From NCBI GenBank assembly GCA_050084515.1, contig CM114271.1:9176001-9240000 (forward strand): a DNA stretch of 64,000 nt, given 5' to 3'. Shown one piece after another: positions 37,311 to 50,425 of this stretch (the stretch's first letter is position 1; each line of letters opens with the position of its first letter). A model generated the notes under the pieces. That model had not been told where the DNA came from. It saw only the letters and a list, made by a program, of their open reading frames with translations, and ran no database searches. The DNA comes from Blasia pusilla. Lineage: Eukaryota. A program made the translations under genes and the position numbers.

Positions 37311-40300
37311 GAGGTGCAGTAAGAGGAGAGGAAGAGAGGAAGAGAGGAGATAGGAGAGAGGAAACTACCTTCAACCCAAAGAGATACTTTTTCTTGAAGA
37401 GAGATTCCTATGATTTGAAGAGAGTTTCCGTTGGGTTGAAGAGAGGAAACTTTTTGTGTGATTGTTTTTGCACTTTTCTTCTCAGTTCTTAAGCACTCCC
37501 ACAGATTTTTTTTCCTCTTCCAAATTTTAGCAACCCATGTGAGTCCGACGACTTGCAATTTGCACAAAATTTAGAAAACTAAAAAAATCAGTGGAATCAT
37601 AAGTGTGGAACCAATCACTTTTTCCATCCAAGGTCTTGGCACTTCTTTGAGGGGCAGAATTGGTTGGTGGATTCCTACTCCTACCTCTGACTCTCTTAAA
37701 ACTACAAGCAACACATAGAATATGTGCTTACAAGGGAAATACCTTTTGCCACTTGTCTCTCTTTGGACAAAGTCATCACATGAACATGTGGGAAAACAAC
37801 AGATGTGCACCACATACACCCCTGTGACACTTGAATTTACAGTGTTGTTCCTGACCCAATACATCCTTCCTATTCCATTGCCACTCAAGACATCTTTTGT
37901 GGCGATGATCTCCATTTTTTCCTCTCGAGCTTATGCAATTCGCTTTGCTCTCTCCACCGTTGGCCTACACATTTTGTTTCTCTTCACCCCATTTCTAGAC
38001 TCAAACAGAAATAGTGGATTGAGATCATCCACCTTCTACGGGTACATGTTGACGTCAATCTTGGGTTGAATATGAAATGCGAAGGTCTCTGTAATGCAAA
38101 CATGCTCTAAACTTCCTCCATCTACGAGTCTGAAACCGGCACTTGTAAGATTTTCCACTTCGTCTTGAGTGCAGTTTGTACCTGCGGCGATGGGCTAAAT
38201 CGTGGGGGTATTCCCCGGAGCTCCAATGGCAGCCGTATAAGACTTCCGGAAAGCCCAAGATTCATTTGGGCAAAAGAAGTACTTCAATTGATCCCCGGTC
38301 CTTGTGAAACGATCAAAGGTTTTGAGTCCCCAAAACCTAGGCAGTGGTCGTCCAGTCCTTGTACAGTTCTTATTTAGGAAAGTGCCGCATGCTCTCCTAA
38401 TGCCATCAGATCCTGCCCTGAAGGTGGGTCCACGTCCAGGGTTGCTCCGAGATATATGCTTCCGTTTCAGGTTGCAATCCACCTCCATGATCGGAATCCC
38501 ATATTGTTGAACCACCCCAGCGACCGGATATTGCGAACTTCCAGCAACGGAGGGCTTTTGAAATAAAACATTCACTGATATTGGAGAAGTTACTCCATCA
38601 CGGATTTGGAAGCAATCCGAGGTCCGCGAATACTTGGGCGGCATAATTTCTTCATCCAAATCAATCACCGGATTCATTCCTTGATGATGCCTCTTCACCT
38701 GCCTGAAGTCAAGATACTTATCTGGTCTCCACGAGTCTCGCTCGGACTGCTCTACCACCATCTGTATGGGACGTCTAGAAATGCACCCACAAATATCCCC
38801 ACCAATGTGTATGTCTTGCTCGAGGGGAGTTCTTGCTACGCATCGGTTGAAGGCTTCCAAATAGAGTTTCTCATCACCACATCTCACAGCCACCCTGACA
38901 TAGAGCTCGTAGATTGAAGGTCCCCTTCCTTTTGTTAGGCCTTTTGTGAGGAAGATATGGGATGTTGCAGACTGTAGCATTGCTTTTGCCTGGTCTTATT
39001 GGCATGCCTCCACAAGTGAAATTCTTTCGCATGCTTGTGACGACCTCCAGGAGGAATGAACACTTACTGCTCCACTTGTGTTGGGCCAGAGGGCATTTTC
39101 ATGAATGTTCAATCCCTACAACGACCCCAATGTGAGAAAGGAACGAAAATAGCTCAGAAGTCAAAGAAATAAGCTTCATGTCGGAACCATACGGGTTGCA
39201 AGGCCGAGGCATCCCATGAACAACTCTGCGACCTGTCGATTCCTGACGTGTTGCAACACCCAGGAACCACCTAGTGCAACCCGTCTGATTCTGATGGGTT
39301 GCAAGTAAATTTGGCCATGCGACTTGCAATCCGTCCTTTTCGGACAGGTTGCACACTCAGGCAACCCGTCGGTTATGTTGGATTCTCAACATCCACTCCT
39401 GTGAGCACAATTAATCTGATCGGCCCCCTTGTATGAGGAGAAGCCTAGATTGATGGTTCCGACTTAGACGTCGAAGGAGTCATAGTAATATGACGTAGGT
39501 GGTTTACGGAGCAGCGTTACTAAGTTTATCTAACCCTATATTGCATCAAGGTGCGGGGCAACCTGATTCAATATAGGTAAAATAGGTAAAAACCCTAGTT
39601 TTCCCGAGTAGTCAAATAGTCGAGGAGCGCGTAGCGCATTCTCGTATGTCGAGTTATCTCCCAGTTCAGGTTCCATCAAAGCTCTTCTGTGAGCGCACGG
39701 ACGGACTAGACTACTTTGTATCTCTAAGTTTTGTAAAGATTTCAGTGATTTCGTCACTTTCTGTTTTTTCATAGGTTAGCGACGGATTGAACACTCAGGC
39801 AACTTATAGCATCCGACAAGTTGGTTGGTTTTTCGGTTTAAAATACCTATAGTGCCCACGCTTCTCAACTTTAGTTGCAACTCTTCAAAACAATTTCAGC
39901 GTGAGCTGGACGAGACAAATTAGTGAACTCACCTCCCGCATGAAGTTTCCCCATTATCTCATTCGCATAGTCCACCAACTCAGCCAATAGCATAACTCTT
40001 TGTACTTCCCCTCAATCGCATGTTTCCTCCACCACCCATGAAGTTCTTCTTGGCATTCCATGGCCTGTTTCAAGGTTTTGTTGTCCTTGTAGCGTTGGAG
40101 TAGACTGACATGCTCTGTCAACTTATTCTCCTTGATGCAAGATTTGGTGTACCGGGTCACAGACTGTTGCCAATGAAAAGCATCCGAACTTTCCCTCTCC
40201 GGTTGAATCTCTCCACCCCAGAACACTTCCCTCATAGCAATCCACCCAGGTTGTGCATTATCCGCCATGAACCCATAAATTTCCAGAGGTGGCCTTTTGT

Positions 40301-40520
40301 TTTCCTTCACCACCTCCAATAAGAGTAACCAACACATCTTCAAACTGCCAACGTCTTCTGCTTTTACTTCACAGAAAAATATAGTTTTGAGTCCCTTCTC
40401 CACATGGTCATAAACGTTAGCATCCATTGTCAACCATCTGTTCAGCACTCTGTAGCAAATATCAAAGCTTACCCAACTGCCGTAAAGATCTTCCCCTTCC
40501 CTCATTCAATCTATAAGATC
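37311..40520 (-). mobile_element. More diverged Mutator-like copy (left terminus and 3' transposase), interrupted at 40521
   Basis: Terminus GAGGTGCAGTAAG at 37311; SWIM ORF 37571-37915; DDE ORF 39954-40505. Confidence 0.85.
39376..39773. mobile_element. 398-bp insertion with 5-bp TSD GGTTA, probable solo LTR
   Basis: GGTTA at 39371-39375 and 39774-39778. Starts TGTTGG but ends ...TTCATA rather than CA. Absent from other copies of this intron. Confidence 0.7.
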
Positions 40521-40939
40521 GAGGAGCGGTAAGAGGAGAGGAAGACAGGAAGACAGGTGAGAGGAGAGAGGAAGAGAGGAGAGAGAGGAAACTAGGGTCA
40601 ACCGAAATAGATACTCTTTTTTGAAGAGAGTTTCCGTTGGGTTGAAGAGAGGAAAATTTTTGTTTGAAATTTTTTGCACTTTTTTGTTCATATATTAAGC
40701 AATCCCACAGTTTGTTTTCCTCTTCCATATTTTGGCAACCCCTCTGAGTCCGACAAGTTGCAAATTGCACAAAATTTAGAAAACTGAAAAATCAGTGGAA
40801 TCATAAGTGTGGAACCAATCACTTTTTCCATCCAAGGTCTTGAAATAATCTTTCATTTGCCCGGGGCTGAATACAGTTCAAGCTCGAAGTGAAGGTTGAG
40901 AAAAAACTAAAAGGACAATCTAAAACCTCCTTTGCATCC

Positions 40940-43900
40940 TCAAAGTGGTTTGTTTAAAATACTTTGGGACGGGTCCGGGGTCCTCGAATACCTGGGCGGT
41001 GTAATTTCCTCATCTAAATCAATCATCGGATTCGTTCCTCGATGCTGCCTCTTCACCTGCCTGAAGTCAAGATACTTATCTGGTCTCCTCGAGTCTCGTT
41101 CGGACTGCTCTACCACCATCTGTATGGGACGTCTTGAAACCCGCCCACGAATATCCCCACCTATGTGTACGTCTTGCTCGAGTGGAGTTCGAGCTACGAC
41201 CGGTTGAAGGCCCGACATACAATTTTTCATCACGAGATCTCACGGCCCATACGACATAGAGCTCGTAGATCGACGGCCCCTTTCCTTTTGTTATGCCTTT
41301 TGTGAGAAAGATATGGGATGCTGCAGACTGTAGCATTGCTCTTGCTTGGTCTTGTTGGCATGCCTCCACAAGTGAAATTCGTTGGCATGCTTGTGACGAC
41401 CTCCAAGAGGAATGAACACTTTCTGCTCCACTTGTGTTGGGGTAGAGGGCATTTTCATGAACGTTCAATCCCTGCAACAGCGGAAATGTTAGAAGGGAAC
41501 GAAAATAACTCATGAGTCAAAGAAATAAGCGACCTGTCGGAACCAGACGGGTTGCAGGCCCGAGGCATCCCATGAACGACTCTACGACCCGTCGGGTCCC
41601 GACGTGTTGTAACCTTAAACCCACCTATTGCAACCTGTCGGAACCCGACGGGTTGCAAGGCTGAGGCATCCCATGAACGACTCTGTGACCCGTCGGGTCC
41701 CGACAGGTTGCACACTTGGGTTGCACCAAACATCTAGATGCAACCCGTGGGTTTCCGTCGGGTTGCATCCTTGGGAAACCCGTCGGTTTCCCTCGGGTTG
41801 CACACTCGGGCAACCCGTCGGTTTCCGTCGCGTTGCACACTCGGGCAACCCGTCGCATCCGACAGCTTGCTTGGTTTTTTGGGTTTGAAATCCATATAGT
41901 TCCCACGCTTCTCACCCTGAGCTACAACTTTACAAACAATTCTCAGCGTGAGCTTGACAAGACAAAATAGTGAACTCACTTGCCACATGAAGTTTCCCCA
42001 TTGTCTCATACGTACAGTCCACCACCTCAACCAAGAGCACAACTCTTTGTACTTCCCCTCAATCGCATGCTTCCTCCACCACCCATGAAGTTCTTCCTGG
42101 CATTCCATGGCCTGCTTCAAGGTTTTGCTGTCCTTGCAGCGTTGGAGTAGAGTGACATGCTCTGTCCTCTTATTCTCCTTGATGCAAGATTTGGTGTAGA
42201 GGGTCACAGACTGTTGCCAATGGAAAGCATCCAACCTTTCCCTCTCCGATTGAACCTCTCCACCCCAGAACACTTCCCGGATAGCAATCCACCCAGGTTG
42301 TGCATTGTCCGCCATGAACCCATAAATTTCCGGAGGTGGCCTTTTGTTTTCCTTCACCACCTCCAATAAGAGTAACCAGCACATCTTCAAACTGCCAACG
42401 TCTTCTACCTTTACTTCACAGACAAATATAGTTTTGAGTCCCTTCTCCACATGGTCATAAACGTGAGCACCCATTGACAACCATCCATTCAGCACTCTGT
42501 AGCAAATATCAAAGCTTACCCAACTCCCGCAAAGATCTTCCCCTTCCCTTATTCGATCTATAAGATCGAGGCCACTCGACGGACCTGTGGTTGACATTTT
42601 GAAGACATAGGCCCTGGATCCCTCGCCTCCTTGGCCCATGAACTGCCATCTCTGAATGAATGGAAATCTGGAGTTGGCCTTGATTCTGGCGATGGCATCC
42701 ATTTCGGCCGTCTTTCCATCCGAACTCGATCGACGCAAACAAATTCGGAAGCATTTAGGATCAACGAGAAATGCGAGATTTTCCCAGAGTTGTTTCTCCT
42801 CAACCGCCGTGATCTCGCCCTCTCCAGGGATTCCAAGAAATTGTTTACAAATTTGTGATGCCGTTGTGAGCTTGATCACTCCGGGCTTTGAACCCGGAGA
42901 GTTTCTGTAGACCTCGGCTACTTTCTTCGCCACATCCTCCTTGATGTGTCTTTGAATTGCATCCATCACAGGATGAGTGCGGGAGCCAACATGGACAACC
43001 AGCCTTGTATACTCTGACGTGGAGCCCAAGTCGTGGACAATGAAAAATATGTATGCAGGACACGCTCCAACGCAGAAGGGCGATGCCTGACAATGAGGAC
43101 ATCGATGGCCTCCCGGCGGTATGGTGGCACCGACCTCGTATGGAGTTTCTGCATTCTTGGGAGGGAATTGCGACGTATTGACTCGCCCGTTGCGCTCTAG
43201 ATACGGGCATGCTGGACTTCTACACTCCAAGGCTCCCATGCATTGGCAGCGAGAGACAATCCAAGGACCATCTGGAATTGAAGCACTGGTCAGTTGAAGC
43301 CTGCACCATCGATGACAATCAGATTTTCTGTCCATACCCTCTAGGCGTCCTCCATCCTTCTTTTGAGCAGGAGCAGCAAGTGGAGGCAACTCAAAAATGC
43401 AATTACCATCGTACGTGGGCGGCAGCTCATCGACAAGAATGTGGTTGAACATTTTCAAGGGCAGAGACGAAAGCAAACTATTGCTTGATACTCGCAAGAG
43501 GAACGAGTAGGCGGACAGAGGGCCCAATTGGTGTCCGACAGATCCACTGAGGTTGATAACATCCAAAATCTCTTCAGGAAAAAAAAAATTGTTACGAGCG
43601 TGCGAAGTTGGAGTCGAAGCCGGATCTGCAGAGCTTGGAGTTGCAAACGTAGAGCTCGGAGCACTAGGAAATTCTAGACCGTCTACTTGGGAAAACAGAT
43701 TTAATTCAGGGGGCCATAAACTCTGTATTGACCATTTGCTAGAGGTAGGAGATTCCATACTTTACGGTCTGAGGTCACTGGCTGGACCGTCTCACCTACT
43801 ATGTCTTCCGTACCGTCCACCCTAACATCTTTGGATACAAAGATGGTTCCAATTTGAAGAAGAAATCGAATAGACAGAAAATTTTCATCCACTGCTATGA

Positions 43901-43988
43901 AAGACTCACGAGCTTGGGGTCGAATGATTTCTGATTGAGGAAGGGTTGCCAGATGACTACCACAAGTGAGCTTAACATAATTATCCAT
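40940..43988 (-). pseudogene. Transposase (GCM-like + MULE DDE), SWIM region deleted
   Basis: 674-aa ORF 41734-43758; donor at 41979, acceptor before 41471; PNTSGAESVH. The 3' exon jumps directly to ILNKPL. Confidence 0.88.
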
Positions 43989-44981
43989 TCCAAGAAGATT
44001 CCAACGGGAGGAGACTGAGAATGAGAATGAGAATGAGAATATTTAATTTATAGTGAATAGGAAATGACATCTGGCGATGATTTTCTCGACAAGATGAATT
44101 CGGTGGGTGACATTGTCTAACACAATGGATCCAATTCTGTAACACATTCTATTCTGTTGCAATATGTTATCGGATTTGGGAAGCAGAGGGTTGCGCATCA
44201 CACTTGGAACCCGTCGGAGTCCTGGTAACTCAAAATTACCCGGCTAACTGGAAAGGTCGCAACCCGTCGGCATCGGACGGGTTGCACGCTTCTGCTAAAC
44301 ATTGTCGAAGCGAACAACCCGTAGCTCTCCGACGAGTTGCTCGGATACCGCTCCTTCTTGCCCAAAGATGCCGGAGGCGTGCAAACCCTCTGTTCCCGAT
44401 GAGTTCCACGGGTGCCTCGCCTTTTAGCCCAAAGACGACAAGGCGTGCAACCCGTCGCCCTCCAATGGGTTGCGCAAGGGCCTCGCCTTGTGGTGCAGCC
44501 AGCAAGACTCAGACGACTTGCACGGGAAGGCCTCGTTCTTAACCCTTGATGAGGGAAGCGTGCAACCCAACGGTCTCCGACGGATTACCCAAGATACGTC
44601 CCGTTCCCGTCCCAAACATGGCGGAGGCGCGCAACATGTCGGTCTCCGATGGGTTGCGCGGGTACCTCGCGTTCTTTTCCGAAGACGACGGAGGCGCTCA
44701 ACCCGTCGGTCTCCGACGGGTTGCTTGCGCATGTGGCGACGTACCTAGGATGGCGGAGGCGTGCAACATGTCGGTCTCCGACGGGATGCGCGGGTACCTC
44801 GCGTTCTTTTCCGAAGACAATGGAGGCGCTCAACCCGTCGGTCTCCGACGGGTTGCTCGCGCACGTGGCAACGTACCCTGGATGGCGGAGCCGCGTAACC
44901 TGTCAGACTCCGACGGGTTGCCATTTTTCACGTCCGGACTTCCTTAACATCCGGCACGTCACCGTCGAAAGGACGACGGGA

Positions 44982-45040
44982 CCCAACGGTCAGCCCAACG
45001 GCTAGAAAAGTATAAATAGGGCATAAATCGCTCATTTCCC
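44982..45040 (+). promoter_or_regulatory. Second copy of the MSA-MSA-TATA promoter
   Basis: CCCAACGGTCA 44982-44992, CCCAACGGCTA 44994-45004, TATAAATA 45011-45018. Confidence 0.6.
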
Positions 45041-45275
45041 GTTTCTCATTTCGCGATCTTTATTCCTCACTCTCCCGCGCAGCCGCTGATCAGATACGAA
45101 GGGGCATTTCACACGGCGACACATCGCGAGTCGATAGGAGGGAACGAGAGCGAGACCGTTCGACGCAACGACAGCGAGACGGTTTGACCGAGCGATCGCG
45201 GGACGATTCGAGCTATCCATCAAGGCGATTCGAGCTCCCATCTCGACATCAGCAAGGCGACTGATCAAGGGATTT

Positions 45276-46498
45276 GTGGTGGACATAGGTGGAGGCATTT
45301 CCGGAAAAAATGACGAGGAAAAAATCACAAGCCAACAAGTGGGAGCTTCACTGAAGTCCATTAGGACTCCTGCGTCAGCTTCTCCTGGGCCTCGTTCAGC
45401 GAATGAAATTAGGCAGCAGGAAATCGAGGAGCGGGAAAGGGAAGCAGAGATGCACAAGCAAGTGCTTCTTGCGAGACGTGTTCAAGAGGCGCTAGATAAA
45501 CAGAACGCACAGGCTGGGACGTCGCAGGCCTCGAAGAAAAGGATCGCCGACGAAAAGAGAGAAAAGAAGCGTCTGGACGCGTCGGTGAGGAGGGCAGAAT
45601 TGGCTAAAGCGAGGAGGGAAAAAGTGATAGCCATTGATGATAGCCCAGCCCGTCTAACCAAAAGTGCTGAGATGCGGGAAATGTCCCCCACGAAGTCCGG
45701 GGACACAATCAACATAGTGGAAACGCCAGAAGTTGAAATCGATGACGACGAGGTCATGAGGACTGCCAGCGTGGAGATGGTGGACATGGCCGAAGAAGCC
45801 GGAGAGCGGTCATTCTCGACTCCAAGCCCGGCGGAGGACATCGACCTCTATCAGATCGACGAGTTCCCAGTCGATTTTCCAGCCTCTGTCTCAGACAAGT
45901 TAGCTGGTCAAGAAACCGACCCCATTTTCGAGCGGATAAGAGAGGTTCTGGGTTTTTTGAATTATGTGAATTGCAATTCATTGGGATTTCAGTGTAGCTT
46001 ATTCCTCTTGTCCCGGTTCTGACAAGTGGTAAAGCAGATGGCACTCATGGAGGGCCACAACGCCCCGAGGATTCCACTCTGCCGATTGCGGACAATGGAA
46101 TACGTCCGCGAAATTCAGTCCAACGAGGACATCGCGAAGCTTAAACAATCGGCGGCGACACCATCCTACGTCGACAGCTTTCCTCCCTTCTATGTTCAGC
46201 CTTACGACGAGCATGGAACCCAAGCTCTCGTTACCAAGGAGGACTTGGAAAAGCTCGACACATTCTGGAGGATGCGAGACCAGGACTTGAGAAGGCAAGT
46301 TGAGGGCACGGAATTCAGCTGGATGAGGAATCTGCATTTCTTCATTTGGGATGGAAATCACAGGTTCATGGCGTGGACCAAGTTTGCGGAGGAGCGGCCC
46401 AACTCATTGGAGGCACATTTCTACGTGAAGGCAGTGGTCCTTCACCCATACCCTCATCACATGGCGACGGTGGAGATGGCAATGCATGCCATGAACAC
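45276..46498 (+). pseudogene. 5' exons of the cargo gene: charged/coiled-coil N-terminus and ParB/Srx-like domain
   Basis: RIPLCRLRTMEYVREIQSNEDIAKLKQS...PPFYVQPYD...FFIWDGNHRFMAW; donor GTGAGT at 46499. The start codon and first-intron bounds are uncertain. Confidence 0.75.
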
Positions 46499-47022
46499 GT
46501 GAGTATCTTTAACACTTTCGCAACTCGTCGGACTCCGACGAGTTGCTCGATTGATGAATGGGTTAGGTTTGTTTTTGCCGAAAGCAACTCGTCGGACTCC
46601 GACGGGTTGCTCGACTGCACGCTTTTTCGGATGTTTTTTTTAAGATTGCAACTCGTCGGACTCCGACGACTTGTTTGATTGAACATAGATTTAACTAGTT
46701 TTTGGCCCAAAGCAAACCGTCGGAGTCCGACGGGTTGCTCGACAGCCGCTTTGTGAGGATGTTTTTGAAGAATGCAATTCGTCGGACTCGACGAGTTGTT
46801 CGAAAGTGATTTCGCAGTTTAGAAGGTTTTTTCCCCAAAGCAACCCGTCGGAATCTGACGGGTTGATTTGGGGAAAAACAGCTTCGAGGCAAGCAACCCG
46901 TCGGAGTCCGACGGGTTGCTTTGGGGAAAAAACCTTCTAAACCTTCAATCACTCGAACAACTCGTCGGAGTCCGACGAGTTGCATTCTTCAAAAAACATC
47001 CTCACAAGGCGGCCTATCGAGC

Positions 47023-47560
47023 AGAAACTCCATAGATCGGTGCCACCATACCGCCGGGAGGCCATCGATGTCATCATTGTCAGGCATCCCCTTTTTGCAT
47101 TGGGTTCCACGTCAGAGTACACAAGGCTGGCTCCCACACTCATCTTGTGACTGATGCAATTCAAAAACACGTCAAGGAGGATGTGGCAAAGAAAGTGGCC
47201 GAGGTCTACAGAAACTCTCCGAGTTCAAAGCCCTGAGTGATCAAGTTAACAATAGCATCAAAAATTTGAGAACAACTCCTTGGAATCCTTGGATAGGGCG
47301 AGATCATGGCTGCCAAGGAGAAACAACTCTGGGAAAATCTCGCATTTCTTGCTGATCCTGAATGCTTCAGGAATTTGTTGTGTCAAATGCGGGTACTGGA
47401 TAAAAAGACGCCCGAAATGGATGCCATTGCTAGAATCAAGTCCAACTCCAGATTTCCATTCATTCAGAGATGGCAGTTCATGGGCCAGCGAGGCAAAGGA
47501 TCCAAGGCCTATGTCTTCAAAATGTCAACGACAAGTCTGTCGAGTGGCCTCGATCTTATA
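47023..47560 (+). pseudogene. Inverted continuation of the transposase interrupted at 40520
   Basis: EKQLWENLAFLADPECF...YVFKMSTTSLSSGLDLI ends at the TSD GATCTTATA (47552-47560). Confidence 0.8.
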
Positions 47561-50425
47561 GGGGTCTGGTATTCTGACAGGAGAGAGTAAGAGAGGAGAG
47601 GAAGAGAGGAAGAGAGGAGAGTCTCTCTTAAAAAAAAAGCCCAAATCCGCCTCCTCTCTTCAAAATTTTTTGACATATTTGAAAATTTTGTTTGCTTTAA
47701 AATTCAGGAAATCTTTAGAAGAGAGTATTTAGTGGTCCACATTTGGCCCTAAAAAAACCTCCTCTTTCCTGGGGGCTAGAAAAAAGGAGACATCATAAGA
47801 CCACCCTAAACATTTTTCCATCACTCTCCATGTGAGCCTAAGTTTCTTAACATTCCCTGTCTCGGTCAACAAAAAGCAGTGCCCTTGGTATTTTTGTTGG
47901 AGGACCACCGGATGGGTAGCTCTCTTTTGCAAGGATTTTTGCCTGCATCATGGCCTCCCCTAAATTGCCCCATAACCAACTTTCTGTCGGTTATGAATGG
48001 TGTCTGCTCAAGACCAACTTTCTGAAATGTGAACAAATCAGATCCTTAGGCTAAGAAACCGAGAAGCTGCACCCCTCCCAACCCGTAAGAAAGCTCACCA
48101 TAAGAAAGGAAAGATTTTTATAAGTGATTTTCTTCCACCCTGCACCCACGATGATCTAACGGGTTGGGAATCCGAAATGGAAATCCGACAGGTAGTAGGA
48201 ATCCTGCACATCTTAGACAAGAAAAGAAGCCTACAACTGGTTGGACGAATGAAGGGGAACGAGCCAAAAGTCAAGAAGCCCGCCACAATGCGCCAGAAGT
48301 TGGTCTCACCGGGATAGAGTCCAATCACTCAAGTAGTCAACATGTCGGAATCCGACAGGTTGCCTGGAAATGGTTAAAAAGTTGCAGTGGGCAAAAAGCA
48401 AAAAGTCGGAATCATACGGGTTGCAGAATTGTAATTTTGAGTAGCTAAAAGAACACAATCCACAAGTCCAAAAACATATTCCAGCAAACTTTTACAAACA
48501 CCATTATGGGTTGAAAAAATCTCGTCCTTTATTACCTCCGAAGGAACCTCGGAAATGGACATTTGACCTAGTCTATGATTTCTTCAGCCTCGTCATCTAC
48601 AAATTTACTCCTAACTCTCCTCAGTGACAGTACCAAAGGAATGTCCTGGGATTCAAGTGGCTCCTCTGGCCGATTGTAGACGGGGATCGAAAATGTTGGC
48701 AAATTCGAGAGCCTTGGCCCCCCCCTAGGTACACCAAAACGGTCCCATGTAACCTGTCTCGAGTCCCACCGCCTTCCTGGGCAGTATACCTTGTACGCTC
48801 TGCAATGTGACACCCATCCAGTATCAATATCTGCTCCGTCCCTGGTAATACCATTATGGCAACCGCACAGGTAGAAGGAATCCAACATGTCTGAGAGAAG
48901 AAAAGAAGCCTACGCCTGCCTTTACGAGTTGAGGGGAAGGTGCCAAGGGAAGAAGCTTGCCAGACTGCCTCTTAAGTTGGACCAACAGGGAAAGGGTCCG
49001 ATCAGGCAACGTGTCGGAATCAGACAGGTTTCCTGGAGGTGGTAAAAAGGGTGCAGTGGTGAAAAAGCGAAAAGTTGCAAGGAGGAGAAATCCGACGGGT
49101 TGCAGTGGTCATAAAGTGAAAGTTGCAAGCAGGAGAAATCCGACGGGTTGCAAAATAGAAGTCCGTGGAGTTCATAGACGATCACATTCGAAAAGACAAA
49201 AAATGATCAGCAAACATTTACAAGCACCACCATCGATCGAAAAAATCTTCTGCTTTATATCATCCAAAAAAGCTCGGAAGTGTACATTTGATCTATTCTA
49301 TGAAATCTTTTGCCTCATTATCAAAAAACTCCCTACTCCAAACGCTGCAGTCAAGTTGTGTCGTTGAGTTCTTTTAACTCACTCGTCATCGTCCGAGAGC
49401 TCTTGCAAAATCACTTTCGGCCTTGCCCTCCCGATTTTGGGAAATTGTTGGAAGTGACGATGGAGTCACTACCAAGGATGGCTCTGGAACCGGAGCTCTC
49501 GGCTTCGGTGGAGAGTTATACGCCCCAACGAGCCTTTCGTATTCTGCCTTTGCCTCCTTGCAAAGGTCAAACAGTTCCTGCCTTCCCTCAAGGCAGAGAA
49601 TGTTCTTGCCACTCTTCCAGGCGCCTTTGATACTTGCCCCTGAAAGTCCCACTAAGTCGAACACCAAGTCACCCGGCCTTGAGCAGAGCTCAATGAGCGT
49701 TTGCATCAGGGCTGGCGACTTTTCCCTTCCTCCCAGAAGTGGGGTACTGTCTTGCATGTAAATTCCCGGGGGAAATTGTACAAACTATCTAAGCTGTACC
49801 CATCTGAGCATGGATCCACAGGATCCTGGATCTTGAACACCTGGAAATTGTGCTTGGGCGAACGGGCGAAGAGCGTAGGAGTGGTCCATCAGTAAATCAA
49901 AGACGTTAGAAACAATGTCGAAACTAAAGAAGTCGCCTTGAGAACATTTTCAATAATCGACTTTGGATCAATTGCCGAGTCCGACGGGTTGTTTTGTCCC
50001 GGACCAACCCGTCGCCTTCCGACGGGTTGGTCAGGGACAAAACAACCCTTCGGGCTCCGTTGTTTTTGTCGTGAGCAACCCGTCGGAAGCGACGGGTTTT
50101 CGCCTAGAGTAGCCCATGCTCGCCGAGAGCAACCCGTCGCTATCAGACGAGTTGCATCCAAAAACCAAAATCAACTGGGAAAAACCAAAAGCAACTGCAA
50201 CCCGTCGGGTTCCGACGGGTTGCAAGTACACCGCGGTTTTCCCTGTATGTGGGAAAGATGCAACCCGTCGGAAACCGACGGGTTGCTCTCAGCCGAGCAT
50301 GGGCTGCTCTAAGCCAGAACCCGTCGCCTTCCGACGGGTTGCTCACGGACAAAAAAAACCCAGATTGACTCTCATTATACACATCATTAAAATATAATTG
50401 AAATTAGAGTACAGGAATTGAGCCT
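47561..50425 (-). mobile_element. Inverted right portion of the 40521 MULE copy (right terminus, last MTase-like exon, palindrome intron)
   Basis: GGGGTCTGGTATTCTGACAGG is the reverse complement of the right end. ORF 49386-49757 carries EKSPALMQTLIELCSRPGDLVFD. Confidence 0.85.

Larger units (their letters stand above)
40521..47022. mobile_element. Mutator-like copy, left portion (terminus, transposase, promoter, 5' cargo gene)
   Basis: GAGGAGCGGTAAG at 40521 is preceded by TATAAGATC. The reverse complement GATCTTATA abuts the inverted right terminus at 47561. Confidence 0.88.
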
